Shown: positions 46,638 through 55,290 of the stretch, in pieces | Layout: each line of letters opens with the position of its first letter | Position numbering within the stretch: position 1 is the first letter of the stretch | NCBI GenBank assembly: GCA_045114775.1 | Contig: JBGULC010000008.1 | Span: forward strand, 64,022-128,021 | DNA length: 64,000 bases | Source: Christensenellales bacterium | GTDB taxonomy: Bacteria > Bacillota > Clostridia > Christensenellales > CAG-138 | Reading direction: 5' to 3' | Notes under the pieces: generated by a model | What the model was told of the DNA's origin: nothing | The model's input: the letters and a program-made list of their open reading frames with translations, nothing else | The model's database searches: none | Translations under genes and position numbers: made by a program

Positions 46638-47264
46638 ATGGCAAGAAAGAAAAAGGGACTTTTGCTCGTTGTTTCCGGACCTGCCGGGGTCGGCAAGGGA
46701 ACGGTCACCGCGGCGCTGATGGCGAAGCACCCGGAGATCAGGATGTCCGTCTCCGCTACGACGCGATCCCCGCGTCCCGGTGAGATCGACGGCGTACACT
46801 ATTTCTTCAAAACGAAGGAAGAATTCATCCGCATGATCGACGAGGACGCTTTCCTCGAATATATGCATGTCTTCGGCATGAACTACTACGGCACGCCGAA
46901 AGCTTTCGTTGAAGCGGAGCGTGAGAAGGGCAATCACGTGATTCTGGAGATCGATGTGCAGGGCGCTCAAAAGGTTAAAGCCGCCTGTCCCGACGCCGTC
47001 ATGGTGTTTATCGCTCCCCCGTCGCTTTCGATCCTGAAGGAGCGGCTCGTGGGACGCGGGACCGAAACGCAGGAGTCGATCGACGTCCGTACGGCAACGG
47101 CGCTGAAGGAGCTTGAGGCTCTGCCCAAATATGATTACATGGTGATAAACGACGTTGTGGACGAAGCGGTCGCTGAGATGGAATCCATCCTGACTGCGGA
47201 GCTTCTCCGCACCGGAAGAAATACAGAACTGATCACAAAACTGACAGGAGGCGAAACGATATGA
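46638..47264 (+). CDS. gmk: guanylate kinase
   Basis: P-loop SGPAGVGKGT and TTRSPRPGE. An AGGAG RBS precedes the ATG at 46638. Confidence 0.95.
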   Translation: MARKKKGLLLVVSGPAGVGKGTVTAALMAKHPEIRMSVSATTRSPRPGEIDGVHYFFKTKEEFIRMIDEDAFLEYMHVFGMNYYGTPKAFVEAEREKGNHVILEIDVQGAQKVKAACPDAVMVFIAPPSLSILKERLVGRGTETQESIDVRTATALKELEALPKYDYMVINDVVDEAVAEMESILTAELLRTGRNTELITKLTGGETI

Positions 47265-47455
47265 TGAATTATCCTTCCCTGAACGAGCTGGTGGAAAAAG
47301 CGGGCTGCCGCTATATGCTGGTGACCGCCGTTGCGAACCGTGCAAGGCAGCTCCAGGATCATCCGGAAAAGCTTGGTTCCAACAAGCCGGTCTCGATGGC
47401 CGTGGACGAGCTTTACCACGATAAGTTGATTTTGAACGCACCGAAAGAAGGCTGA
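47261..47455 (+). CDS. rpoZ: DNA-directed RNA polymerase omega subunit
   Basis: 64 aa, reading RYMLVTAVANRARQL. Position after gmk. Confidence 0.85.
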   Translation: MMNYPSLNELVEKAGCRYMLVTAVANRARQLQDHPEKLGSNKPVSMAVDELYHDKLILNAPKEG

Positions 47456-47468
47456 CAAACGTCTTCCC

Positions 47469-47497
47469 GCCCGTCGCGTTCGCGCACGGGCCTTTTT
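47469..47497 (+). terminator. rho-independent terminator after rpoZ
   Basis: GCCCGT...ACGGGC stem with an inner CGC/GCG extension, followed by CTTTTT. Confidence 0.7.
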
Positions 47498-47505
47498 ATA
47501 CTGTC

Positions 47506-49743
47506 ATGTTTGCCGAAGTGATCGTCGACATCGCGCATACCGCCGTGGACCGTCGGTTCACGTACCGCATTCCCGAGGAGCTTCCCGTTTCCGTCGGGCA
47601 CCATGTTCTGGTGCCGTTCGGACAGGGCAGCCATACGAAGGAAGGCTTTGTCGTCGCACTGAATGAAACGGCAGACTATCCGGAGATCAAAGACATTCAA
47701 AGGATCTTAGAACGTTATCCCGTTCTGCTTCCGGAACAGATCGCGCTTGCGGAATGGATGAAGGATTCCTACCACTGCCTGTTCGTCGACGCGCTGCGGC
47801 TGATGATACCCGCACAGATGCGCGGCATGCGAATCAAGGAAAAGAAAGTCCGCACCGTTTCGGTCGCGGAGGGCGTCGATCCCGATGCAGCCGCGGAGGC
47901 GCTGAAAAGCGCTCCGGTGCAGAAGCGTGTGTTCGAGCTGGTCGCGAAGATCGGCGCGGAAGCCTCTCTCCCCGATCTCAATGCTTTTTATCCCGGCTGT
48001 ATGCCCGCCGTCAACGCACTGATCAAAAAGGGGTATCTTGCCGAACAGAGCGAAACGGTGTTTCGACGTCCCGATAAGATGCGTTTGCATACGCCGGAAT
48101 ATACGCTGACCGATGCGCAGACAAGCTCGGCGGATGCGATCCGTGACGCAATGGAGCGAGGCAAGGGCGACATCCTTTTGCTGCACGGCGTAACCGGCAG
48201 CGGAAAGACGGAGGTTTATCTGAAGGCAATCGCGGACTGTCTTGCGCTCGGCAGACAGGCGATCGTGCTGGTCCCGGAGATCTCTCTGACGCCGCAGACC
48301 GTCGGCCGCTTCACGGACCGTTTCGGCGACCGGATCGCAGTCCTGCACAGCCGCCTTTCCGCAGGCGAGCGCTTCGATGAATGGCGGCGTATCCGACTGG
48401 GCCTTGCCGACATCGTGATCGGAGCCAGAAGCGCGGTCTTTGCGCCGGTTGAAAAGCTTGGGCTGATCATCATCGACGAGGAGCACGAATCCAGCTACCA
48501 GAGCGAATCGCAGCCGCGCTATCTTGCGGTCGAGGTTGCCGCAAAGCGGATCCGAACCGTCGGCGGCGCGCTCGTGCTCGGCAGCGCAACGCCTTCTTTG
48601 ATGAGCTATTCGCGCGCGCTTTCCGGGAAGTACAAGCTTCTTGAGCTCCCGGACCGTGTAGCGGGACGGCCGCTGCCCACCGTCGAGACGGTCAATATGC
48701 GGGACGAGCTTCTGATGGGCAACAACAGCATCTTTTCCGACAAGCTTGCGGAGCGTCTCAGCGAATGCCTTGCTGCAGGGCAACAGGCGATGCTGTTCAT
48801 CAACCGCCGCGGCTACGCGACGTTCGTGAGCTGCCGAAGCTGCGGATTCGTGCTGAAATGCGACAACTGCGACATCTCGATGACATATCACAAGACGGAG
48901 TCGCGCACGCGCTGCCATTACTGCGGCGCCGTGAAGCCGCTGCCGAAGGAGTGTCCGAACTGCAGAAAACCGTTTATCAAGCAGTTCGGGATCGGAACCG
49001 AACAGGTCGAGGAGGCTGTGCATAAGCTCTTCCCTGCCGTCAGGACGCTTCGCATGGACACGGACACGATGCGTGAGAAGGGCAGCTACGAAAAGCTGCT
49101 GTCGGCATTCCACCGCGGCGAAGCGCAGGTTCTGATCGGCACGCAGATGATCGCGAAGGGACATGATTTTCCGAACGTCACGCTTGTCGGCGTCGTCGCC
49201 GCGGACACGACCCTGAACCTGCCGGACTATCGCGCGCCGGAACGTACATTCCAGCTTCTGACGCAAGTCGCCGGACGCGCCGGACGGGACAATCTCCCCG
49301 GACGCGTCGTGCTGCAGACCTATGAGCCGAACCATCCGATCATCCGGTTTGCGAAAGCGCAGGACTACGTCGGCTTTTATCACTATGAGATCATGGAGCG
49401 TAAAAAGCTCCTCTATCCCCCGTTCTCCCTCTTCATTCGCGTCGTTTTTGCAGACCGCGACGGGCAAAACGCGGAACACGGCTGTCTTGCCTACGCAAAA
49501 GCGCTTGAAACCGAGCTGCGTTCCGCGCTCGGAGAAGAAGGAAAACAGGACCTGCTGCTGCTCGTTGCGGCGGAAGCGCCGATCGCGCGGATCTCGGGCT
49601 ATACCCGCTATCAGATCCTGATCAAGCTTCTGCGTACGAAGCGTCTGAAAGACGCGATCCGAACGATTTCCGTCTTTCACGACGGACACCGAAGCGTATG
49701 CGCCGAAACGCAGCTGGAGATCAACCCTCAGGAGATGTTCTGA
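47506..49743 (+). CDS. priA: primosomal protein N' (replication restart helicase)
   Basis: Walker A GVTGSGKT, DEEH, and a Cys-rich zinc region CRSCG..CDNC..CHYCG..CPNC. Confidence 0.95.
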   Translation: MFAEVIVDIAHTAVDRRFTYRIPEELPVSVGHHVLVPFGQGSHTKEGFVVALNETADYPEIKDIQRILERYPVLLPEQIALAEWMKDSYHCLFVDALRLMIPAQMRGMRIKEKKVRTVSVAEGVDPDAAAEALKSAPVQKRVFELVAKIGAEASLPDLNAFYPGCMPAVNALIKKGYLAEQSETVFRRPDKMRLHTPEYTLTDAQTSSADAIRDAMERGKGDILLLHGVTGSGKTEVYLKAIADCLALGRQAIVLVPEISLTPQTVGRFTDRFGDRIAVLHSRLSAGERFDEWRRIRLGLADIVIGARSAVFAPVEKLGLIIIDEEHESSYQSESQPRYLAVEVAAKRIRTVGGALVLGSATPSLMSYSRALSGKYKLLELPDRVAGRPLPTVETVNMRDELLMGNNSIFSDKLAERLSECLAAGQQAMLFINRRGYATFVSCRSCGFVLKCDNCDISMTYHKTESRTRCHYCGAVKPLPKECPNCRKPFIKQFGIGTEQVEEAVHKLFPAVRTLRMDTDTMREKGSYEKLLSAFHRGEAQVLIGTQMIAKGHDFPNVTLVGVVAADTTLNLPDYRAPERTFQLLTQVAGRAGRDNLPGRVVLQTYEPNHPIIRFAKAQDYVGFYHYEIMERKKLLYPPFSLFIRVVFADRDGQNAEHGCLAYAKALETELRSALGEEGKQDLLLLVAAEAPIARISGYTRYQILIKLLRTKRLKDAIRTISVFHDGHRSVCAETQLEINPQEMF

Positions 49744-51563
49744 TGAAAAAAGAGCAAGATCGTTTTAAACCTTTATTCCTGCCCGCATTGAAAGGCGCGG
49801 GCGGATATTTCATCATCGCCGCGGTCGAGGTCGTTCTCGGCATCGTTTCGCTTTACTGCGCCTCGATCGTGACGAGCTATACGCTGGATTGGGTGCTGAT
49901 GGAAAAGGATCCTTCGATTCCCGCGCCTCTGTTTTCATGGCTGAAATCGCTTGGTCCGATCGGTCGGAACTATTGGCTTTGCGGCGGATGCTTTTTCCTG
50001 TTTACCGTACTCGAAGGCTTGTTCATCTTTTTGCGAAGAAAGAACATTGCGCAAGGCGCCGAGCATATGGCGAAGACCATGCGCGACAAACTCTACCGCA
50101 AGCTGAACGCCGTTCCCTATGACTACCACAAACATGTCTCGACCGGTGATCTCGTACAGCGCTGCACGTCTGATGTGGACACCGTACGCAAATTCGTGAC
50201 CAATCAGCTTATGGAGATCGTGCGCATCGCTGTGATGTTTACCATTGCAGCCGCACTGATGTTCGCAATCCGTTGGGAAATGGCGCTGATTTCGATGGCG
50301 GTCATGCCGATCCTGACGGTGTCGAGCTTTCTGTACTTCCGTTATGTTCGGAAATACTTCACCGAAGTCGACGAAGCTGAAGGCGCGCTTTCGACCGCGG
50401 TTCAGGAAAACCTGACCGGCGTCCGCGTGGTGCGCGCATTCGGGCAGCAGCGCGCCGAGTATGATAAGTTTACGCGGCTGAATCGGGATTTCCGCCAAAA
50501 GAACATCCGTCTTGTGAACCTTTTGGGCTTCTATTGGGGAACTTCGGACGCGATCGGGTATCTGCAGATCGCGCTTTCGCTCGTATTCGGCGTTCTGTTC
50601 TATGTAAAAACCCGGAACAGTGCAGATCCGTTCTCTCTCGGCGATATCTATCTGTTCCTATCGCTCACGAGCCGTCTCACCTGGCCTGTGCGTCAGCTCG
50701 GCCGTGTGCTTGCCGATATGGGTAAGGCGACCGTCTCGCTGGACCGTCTCAATGAGATCATGCATGCAGATAACGAGATCGAGCCCGGAAAAGGTCTGAA
50801 GGAATGCGATCTCAACGGCGATATTGCCTTTACGAACGTGACCTTCGGCTATAACGCGCCGAACGACGTGCTTGACGATATCAGCTTTACTGCGAAGGCC
50901 GGACAAACGATCGGCATCTTGGGCAGCACCGGCAGCGGCAAAAGCTCGCTCGTACAGCTGCTGCAGCGGCTCTATCTCGTTACCGGCGGCGAGATCACGA
51001 TCAACGGCACCCCGATCAACGATATTGATCACACCGTCCTTCGCAAAAACATCGCGATCGTCCTGCAGGAACCGTTCCTGTACTCGCGTTCGATCCGAGA
51101 AAACATTCTGCTGACCGCGCCGGACGCCGGTGAAGCCGATCTCTTCGAAGCCGCGCGCGAAGCTGCGGTACACGACGTCATAGAGAAGTTCTCGGACGGC
51201 TACGATACGGTCGTCGGCGAACGCGGCGTCACGCTCTCCGGAGGACAGCAGCAGCGCGTTGCAATCGCACGGGCATTGATGCAAAAGGCGCCGATCATGA
51301 TTTTTGACGATTCCATGAGCGCGGTCGATACGGAGACTGATGCGAAGATCCGCGAAGCGCTCCGCCGCCATCACGGCGACGGGATCCTGTTTATCATTTC
51401 GCACCGTATTACGACGCTCTGCGAAGCGGACCGGATCCTCGTCCTCGATCATGGCAAACTTGTTCAGAACGGCACGCACGAAGAACTGATCCGTGAGGAA
51501 GGGCTCTATAAGCGCATTGCCGATATTCAGGACTTTCATCCGGAAGGAGGCGTCCGAGCATGA
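49743..51563 (+). CDS. ABC exporter, fused permease/ATPase (heterodimer half, MdlA/YheI-like)
   Basis: Six TM segments, Walker A GSTGSGKSS, signature LSGGQQQR, Walker B IMIFDDS. The start ATG shares one nt with the priA stop. Confidence 0.85.
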   Translation: MKKEQDRFKPLFLPALKGAGGYFIIAAVEVVLGIVSLYCASIVTSYTLDWVLMEKDPSIPAPLFSWLKSLGPIGRNYWLCGGCFFLFTVLEGLFIFLRRKNIAQGAEHMAKTMRDKLYRKLNAVPYDYHKHVSTGDLVQRCTSDVDTVRKFVTNQLMEIVRIAVMFTIAAALMFAIRWEMALISMAVMPILTVSSFLYFRYVRKYFTEVDEAEGALSTAVQENLTGVRVVRAFGQQRAEYDKFTRLNRDFRQKNIRLVNLLGFYWGTSDAIGYLQIALSLVFGVLFYVKTRNSADPFSLGDIYLFLSLTSRLTWPVRQLGRVLADMGKATVSLDRLNEIMHADNEIEPGKGLKECDLNGDIAFTNVTFGYNAPNDVLDDISFTAKAGQTIGILGSTGSGKSSLVQLLQRLYLVTGGEITINGTPINDIDHTVLRKNIAIVLQEPFLYSRSIRENILLTAPDAGEADLFEAAREAAVHDVIEKFSDGYDTVVGERGVTLSGGQQQRVAIARALMQKAPIMIFDDSMSAVDTETDAKIREALRRHHGDGILFIISHRITTLCEADRILVLDHGKLVQNGTHEELIREEGLYKRIADIQDFHPEGGVRA

Positions 51564-53425
51564 GTTACGATTACGAAGCGGAAATCGACCGCGAGGAAAA
51601 GGTCGACGTCAAGCTGTGGAAACGGCTGTTTGGCTATGCTATGCGCAACCGCGGCCTGTTTGTTCGTATCCTCATCAGCATGCTGATCGTAGCGATCATC
51701 GACGCGCTCTATCCGGTCCTGACACGGTTTGCGATCGATCATTTCGTGCGTCCCGACGCGCTGCCGACCACCGACGGGATCTGGCTGTTCTTTACGATCT
51801 ATGCCGTGCTTGTCATCCTGCAGGGTTTCTGCACAACGCGTTTTATCGGCCGTTCCGGCGAAATGGAGATGGCGATCTCCTATGCGATCCGGCAGGAAGC
51901 GTACCGAAAGCTGCAGACGCTGTCGTTCTCATTCTACGACAAGACCTCCGCGGGCTATCTGATGGCGCGTATGGTCAGCGACGTTGCGCGTCTCAGCGAT
52001 ATGATTGCATGGAGCATCACGGACTTTCTCTGGTGCGGATTCTACACACTGTTCTGTTTCGGCGCGATGTTCTGGTTCAATTGGAAGCTTGCGCTCATCG
52101 TGCTTGCTGTCATTCCGCCGCTTGCTGTCGTTTCGCTGTATCTGCAGAAGAAGATCCTCCGCTATCAGCGCGTGTCGAGAAAACACAATTCCCGTATTAC
52201 CAGCGCGTTCAACGAAGGCATCATGGGCGCGATGACGACGAAAACGCTCGTGCGCGAGGAGCAGAACGCCGCGGAATTTGAAGCGATCACGACGGATATG
52301 CGCAAAGCGAGCGTAAAAGCCTCCGTGCTCTCTGCTACCTTCTTCCCGCTCGTTGTATCGCTCGGCGCGGTCGGCACTTCTCTTGCGCTGATCTTCGGCG
52401 GCGCCGGCGTCAAAGCGACGCTTGTCGGGTCCGAAACTTTCCTCGGCGTCATCACCGCAGGCACGCTTGTCTCCTTCATCAACTATGCTTCAAGCCTGTT
52501 CGACCCGATCCAGCAGCTTGCCGGCATCTTTGCCGATATGCAAAGCGCGCAGGCGAGCGCAGAACGCGTTCTCTCTTTGCTTGATACGGAGTCCGAGGTT
52601 AAGGACACGCCGGAGGTCGAAGCTAAATACGGCGATTCGATGAACCCGAAACGTGAAAACTGGGAACCGATTGAGGGCGATATCACGTTCGATCACGTAG
52701 ATTTCTTCTACAAGGAGACCGAACCGCTGCTTCGAGACTTCAACCTGCATATCCGCGCAGGCGAGACCGTTGCGCTGGTCGGCGAGACCGGCGCCGGTAA
52801 ATCTACGATCGTAAACCTGATCTGTCGCTTTTACGAACCGAAGAAAGGCCGTATCCTGATCGACGGAAAGGATTATCGGGAGCGTTCGCAGCTCTGGCTT
52901 CAATCGTCTCTGGGCTACGTTCTGCAAAGCCCGCATCTGTTCTCCGGCACGATCCGCGACAACATCCGTTTCGGAAGACCTGATGCGGATGAGGAAAGCG
53001 TGAAAAAGGCCGCTGCGATGGTCCATGCCGACGAATTCATCGAGCGACAGCAGAAAGGCTACGACACCGAGGTCGGCGAGGGCGGCGTTCGTCTGTCGAC
53101 CGGTCAGAAGCAGCTGATTTCCTTTGCGCGCGTGATCCTCGCAAATCCGCAGATCTTCGTTCTGGACGAGGCGACAAGCTCGATCGACACCGAGACCGAA
53201 CAGTTGATCCAAAGCGCGATCACCGAGGTTCTGAAAGGCCGCACAAGCATCGTTGTTGCGCACCGCCTTTCCACGATCCGCAATGCAGATCGGATCCTGG
53301 TTATCCGAAACGGCGCGATCATCGAAGAGGGCGATCATGAAACGCTCCTGATGAAGGGCGGCTACTATCATGATCTTTATATGCATCAGTATCAGCAAGA
53401 CGCGCTGCAGGAAGCGCTGAAATGA
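51560..53425 (+). CDS. ABC exporter, fused permease/ATPase (heterodimer half, MdlB/YheH-like)
   Basis: Walker A GETGAGKST, signature LSTGQKQL, Walker B FVLDEATS. It overlaps the previous gene by 4 nt. Confidence 0.85.
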   Translation: MSYDYEAEIDREEKVDVKLWKRLFGYAMRNRGLFVRILISMLIVAIIDALYPVLTRFAIDHFVRPDALPTTDGIWLFFTIYAVLVILQGFCTTRFIGRSGEMEMAISYAIRQEAYRKLQTLSFSFYDKTSAGYLMARMVSDVARLSDMIAWSITDFLWCGFYTLFCFGAMFWFNWKLALIVLAVIPPLAVVSLYLQKKILRYQRVSRKHNSRITSAFNEGIMGAMTTKTLVREEQNAAEFEAITTDMRKASVKASVLSATFFPLVVSLGAVGTSLALIFGGAGVKATLVGSETFLGVITAGTLVSFINYASSLFDPIQQLAGIFADMQSAQASAERVLSLLDTESEVKDTPEVEAKYGDSMNPKRENWEPIEGDITFDHVDFFYKETEPLLRDFNLHIRAGETVALVGETGAGKSTIVNLICRFYEPKKGRILIDGKDYRERSQLWLQSSLGYVLQSPHLFSGTIRDNIRFGRPDADEESVKKAAAMVHADEFIERQQKGYDTEVGEGGVRLSTGQKQLISFARVILANPQIFVLDEATSSIDTETEQLIQSAITEVLKGRTSIVVAHRLSTIRNADRILVIRNGAIIEEGDHETLLMKGGYYHDLYMHQYQQDALQEALK

Positions 53426-53434
53426 TCCGCAATG

Positions 53435-53467
53435 CAAAACCGGCCGGGAAACTCCCGACCGGTTTTG
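53435..53467. terminator. bidirectional terminator between the ABC exporter genes and the HTH membrane protein gene
   Basis: CAAAACCGGCCGGG-aaact-CCCGACCGGTTTTG forms a 14-bp stem with one mismatch. Confidence 0.75.
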
Positions 53468-53488
53468 TTAATTCACTATTTTGATCTC

Positions 53489-54568
53489 TTACTGATACTT
53501 GACCTGTACGGAACCGAAGCTGACGTCCGCGCGAATGATGATCGTCTGCGTCGCATCCGGATTCGGATCGCCGTTCACGGTGAACGCCGCAAAGGACGTG
53601 TCGGAAGACTTCACCATGCGGACAGAACGCGGAAGCAGGATCGTGACGTTGCCGAAGCTTGCGTCGACCTTAAAGAGGCAGTTTTCTGCGAACGTGGAGA
53701 CGTATGTAAGATCGACTGTATAATCACCGAAGCTCGAATCAATTCTGCCTCCTGCAAGCGTCTCACGGTCATAATAGACCGTGCTGTTGCCGAAGCTCAT
53801 GTCCGCCTTCAGATAGTCATTGTCGTCGGAATATTCCATTTTGCTGCTGCGGGAGTGATTGTGGATCCCGGTTTTCGTGACAACCTGGTGCTTGCGGAAG
53901 CGGACAAACAGATTGCCGAAAATGACCGACAAAAGCGCTATGACCGCAAAGATCAGAACGATCACATACCACGGAACCGTAGGAAGATTTGCGACCTGAT
54001 ACCCGAGCAGAACACGGCGAACGAATTCATACCCGCCGAACGCCATCAGAGTGACGCTGATTGGAATGCTTGTACGGAGTCCCATAAGGCCTGCCGTAAA
54101 GACCATCAGCGGCCACACGTAGTTCCAGCCCTTCAGCGTCAGCTCGCTGGTCTCAATGTACGGGAACAGTTCCATACCCGGGATGCTGTGCAGAATAAAG
54201 AACATGCAGATCAGGATCGCACCGATGCAGAACGCAATGGTGGTCCATTTTGCATTGTCCCTATGCTTGTTCCATTCCCAGCTGAAAGAACCCTTGTCCT
54301 TTTTGTCGTCGTCAGGCGTTTCATCCTTATCTAAGATAATGACGTGCGGCTCGACCGGCTTGACGCCGAGAAGCTCGTCCACCGATACGTCGAACAGATC
54401 AGCAAGAAGCGGCAGAAGCGTGATGTCCGGACAGCTGATGTCGTTTTCCCACTTGCTGACCGCCTGTGCGGAGACGCCGACCTTTTCGGCGAGCTGTTCC
54501 TGCGTGAGTCCCTTTTCCTTTCTCAATGCGGCAATGCGCTTGCCGAGCGTTTCTTTGTTGTTTTCCAT
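53489..54568 (-). CDS. membrane-tethered XRE-family HTH protein with a LiaF-like C-terminal domain
   Basis: N-terminal HTH_3 (LGKRIAALRKEKGLTQEQLAEKVGVSAQAVSKWEN), a block of hydrophobic segments, and a C-terminal beta-rich region with repeated SFG motifs (MSFGNSTV, SSFGDYTV, ASFGNVTILLP, VSFGSVQV). A strong AAGGAGG RBS is present. Confidence 0.7.
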   Translation of the reverse strand: MENNKETLGKRIAALRKEKGLTQEQLAEKVGVSAQAVSKWENDISCPDITLLPLLADLFDVSVDELLGVKPVEPHVIILDKDETPDDDKKDKGSFSWEWNKHRDNAKWTTIAFCIGAILICMFFILHSIPGMELFPYIETSELTLKGWNYVWPLMVFTAGLMGLRTSIPISVTLMAFGGYEFVRRVLLGYQVANLPTVPWYVIVLIFAVIALLSVIFGNLFVRFRKHQVVTKTGIHNHSRSSKMEYSDDNDYLKADMSFGNSTVYYDRETLAGGRIDSSFGDYTVDLTYVSTFAENCLFKVDASFGNVTILLPRSVRMVKSSDTSFAAFTVNGDPNPDATQTIIIRADVSFGSVQVKYQ

Positions 54569-54594
54569 GAAAGTTTCCTCCTTCTTTCGATGGC

Positions 54595-54604
54595 CTAAGC
54601 TTAG
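54595..54604. repeat. 10-bp palindrome in the leader of the HTH membrane protein gene
   Basis: CTAAGCTTAG lies 27 nt upstream of the ATG at 54568. Confidence 0.5.
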
Positions 54605-54634
54605 CAGATTCGGAGTGATCGCACCATCGACCGT

Positions 54635-54762
54635 CGGTTGAATTCGTCATTTTCGCTCTACCCCATCGGTTGAGTTGATGATTTCTTCTCTCTACGTTCG
54701 GTTGTATCGGTCGAAAACGCTCTCCACCTGCGGTTGGATCCCTGTTTTTCACGGATATTTTA
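54635..54762. repeat. four phased 32-bp units each starting with CGGTTG
   Basis: CGGTTG occurs at 54635, 54667, 54699 and 54731. Units 1-3 also share T at +9 and +13 and a C.CTCT block at +20 to +25. Confidence 0.85.
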
Positions 54763-54785
54763 CCGATTTTATTTACAAAGGTCAA
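54757..54785 (-). promoter_or_regulatory. putative promoter of the HTH membrane protein gene
   Basis: On the minus strand: TTGACC (54785-54780), 17-nt spacer, TAAAAT (54762-54757). It is interleaved with the def promoter and implies a leader of about 180 nt. Confidence 0.5.
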
Positions 54786-54800
54786 GAAAAACTGTATAAT
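54772..54800 (+). promoter_or_regulatory. def-fmt operon promoter
   Basis: TTTACA (54772-54777), 17-nt spacer, TATAAT (54795-54800). Confidence 0.65.
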
Positions 54801-54825
54801 AATATTTTGAAATGGAGGATGGAGT

Positions 54826-55287
54826 ATGGCTTTACGCATCATTCGCAAAAATGACGACCCCGCGCTGTATAAGACCTGCAAAGAGGTCAAAAAATTCGAC
54901 GCGCGCCTTTCCGAGCTGATCGACGATATGATCGAAACGATGAACGACGCGGATGGCGTCGGTCTTGCCGCGCCGCAGATCGGCGTGCTGCGCCGTGTTT
55001 GCGTGATCGACGTCGGCGAAGGTCCCGTCGAGCTCGTGAACCCCGTGATCCTGGATTCCTCCGGTGAGCAGGGCGGCATGGAAGGATGCCTCTCCTTCCC
55101 CGGCGAAAGCGGCTATGTCGTCCGTCCGAACCGGGTCAAGGTTGAAGCGTACGACCGCAACGGAGATCTGTATGAATACGAGGGCGAAGGGCTCTTTGCC
55201 CGCGCCGTATTTCACGAGACGGATCATCTGGACGGCAAGGTTTACAAGCGCCTTGTGACGGAACCACCGAAAGATTTTAAGGAGTAA
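54826..55287 (+). CDS. def: peptide deformylase
   Basis: Motifs GVGLAAPQ, EGCLS and HETDH. Confidence 0.95.
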   Translation: MALRIIRKNDDPALYKTCKEVKKFDARLSELIDDMIETMNDADGVGLAAPQIGVLRRVCVIDVGEGPVELVNPVILDSSGEQGGMEGCLSFPGESGYVVRPNRVKVEAYDRNGDLYEYEGEGLFARAVFHETDHLDGKVYKRLVTEPPKDFKE

Positions 55288-55290
55288 GGA

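Noticed and set aside
54635-54762. The phased 32-bp units as a degenerate CRISPR array or as DnaA/Spo0A/CtsR/PhoP-type boxes.
   Set aside because: A 32-bp period leaves no room for a repeat plus a spacer, and there are no cas genes. CGGTTG matches none of those consensus boxes. GGTCGAA in unit 3 is only a one-off near-match to the 0A box.
54399-55079. A 226-aa minus-strand ORF crossing the def/HTH intergenic region and the 32-bp repeat array.
   Set aside because: It is antisense to def at one end and out of frame with the HTH gene at the other. It has no RBS and a low-complexity product. I treat the repeats as non-coding.
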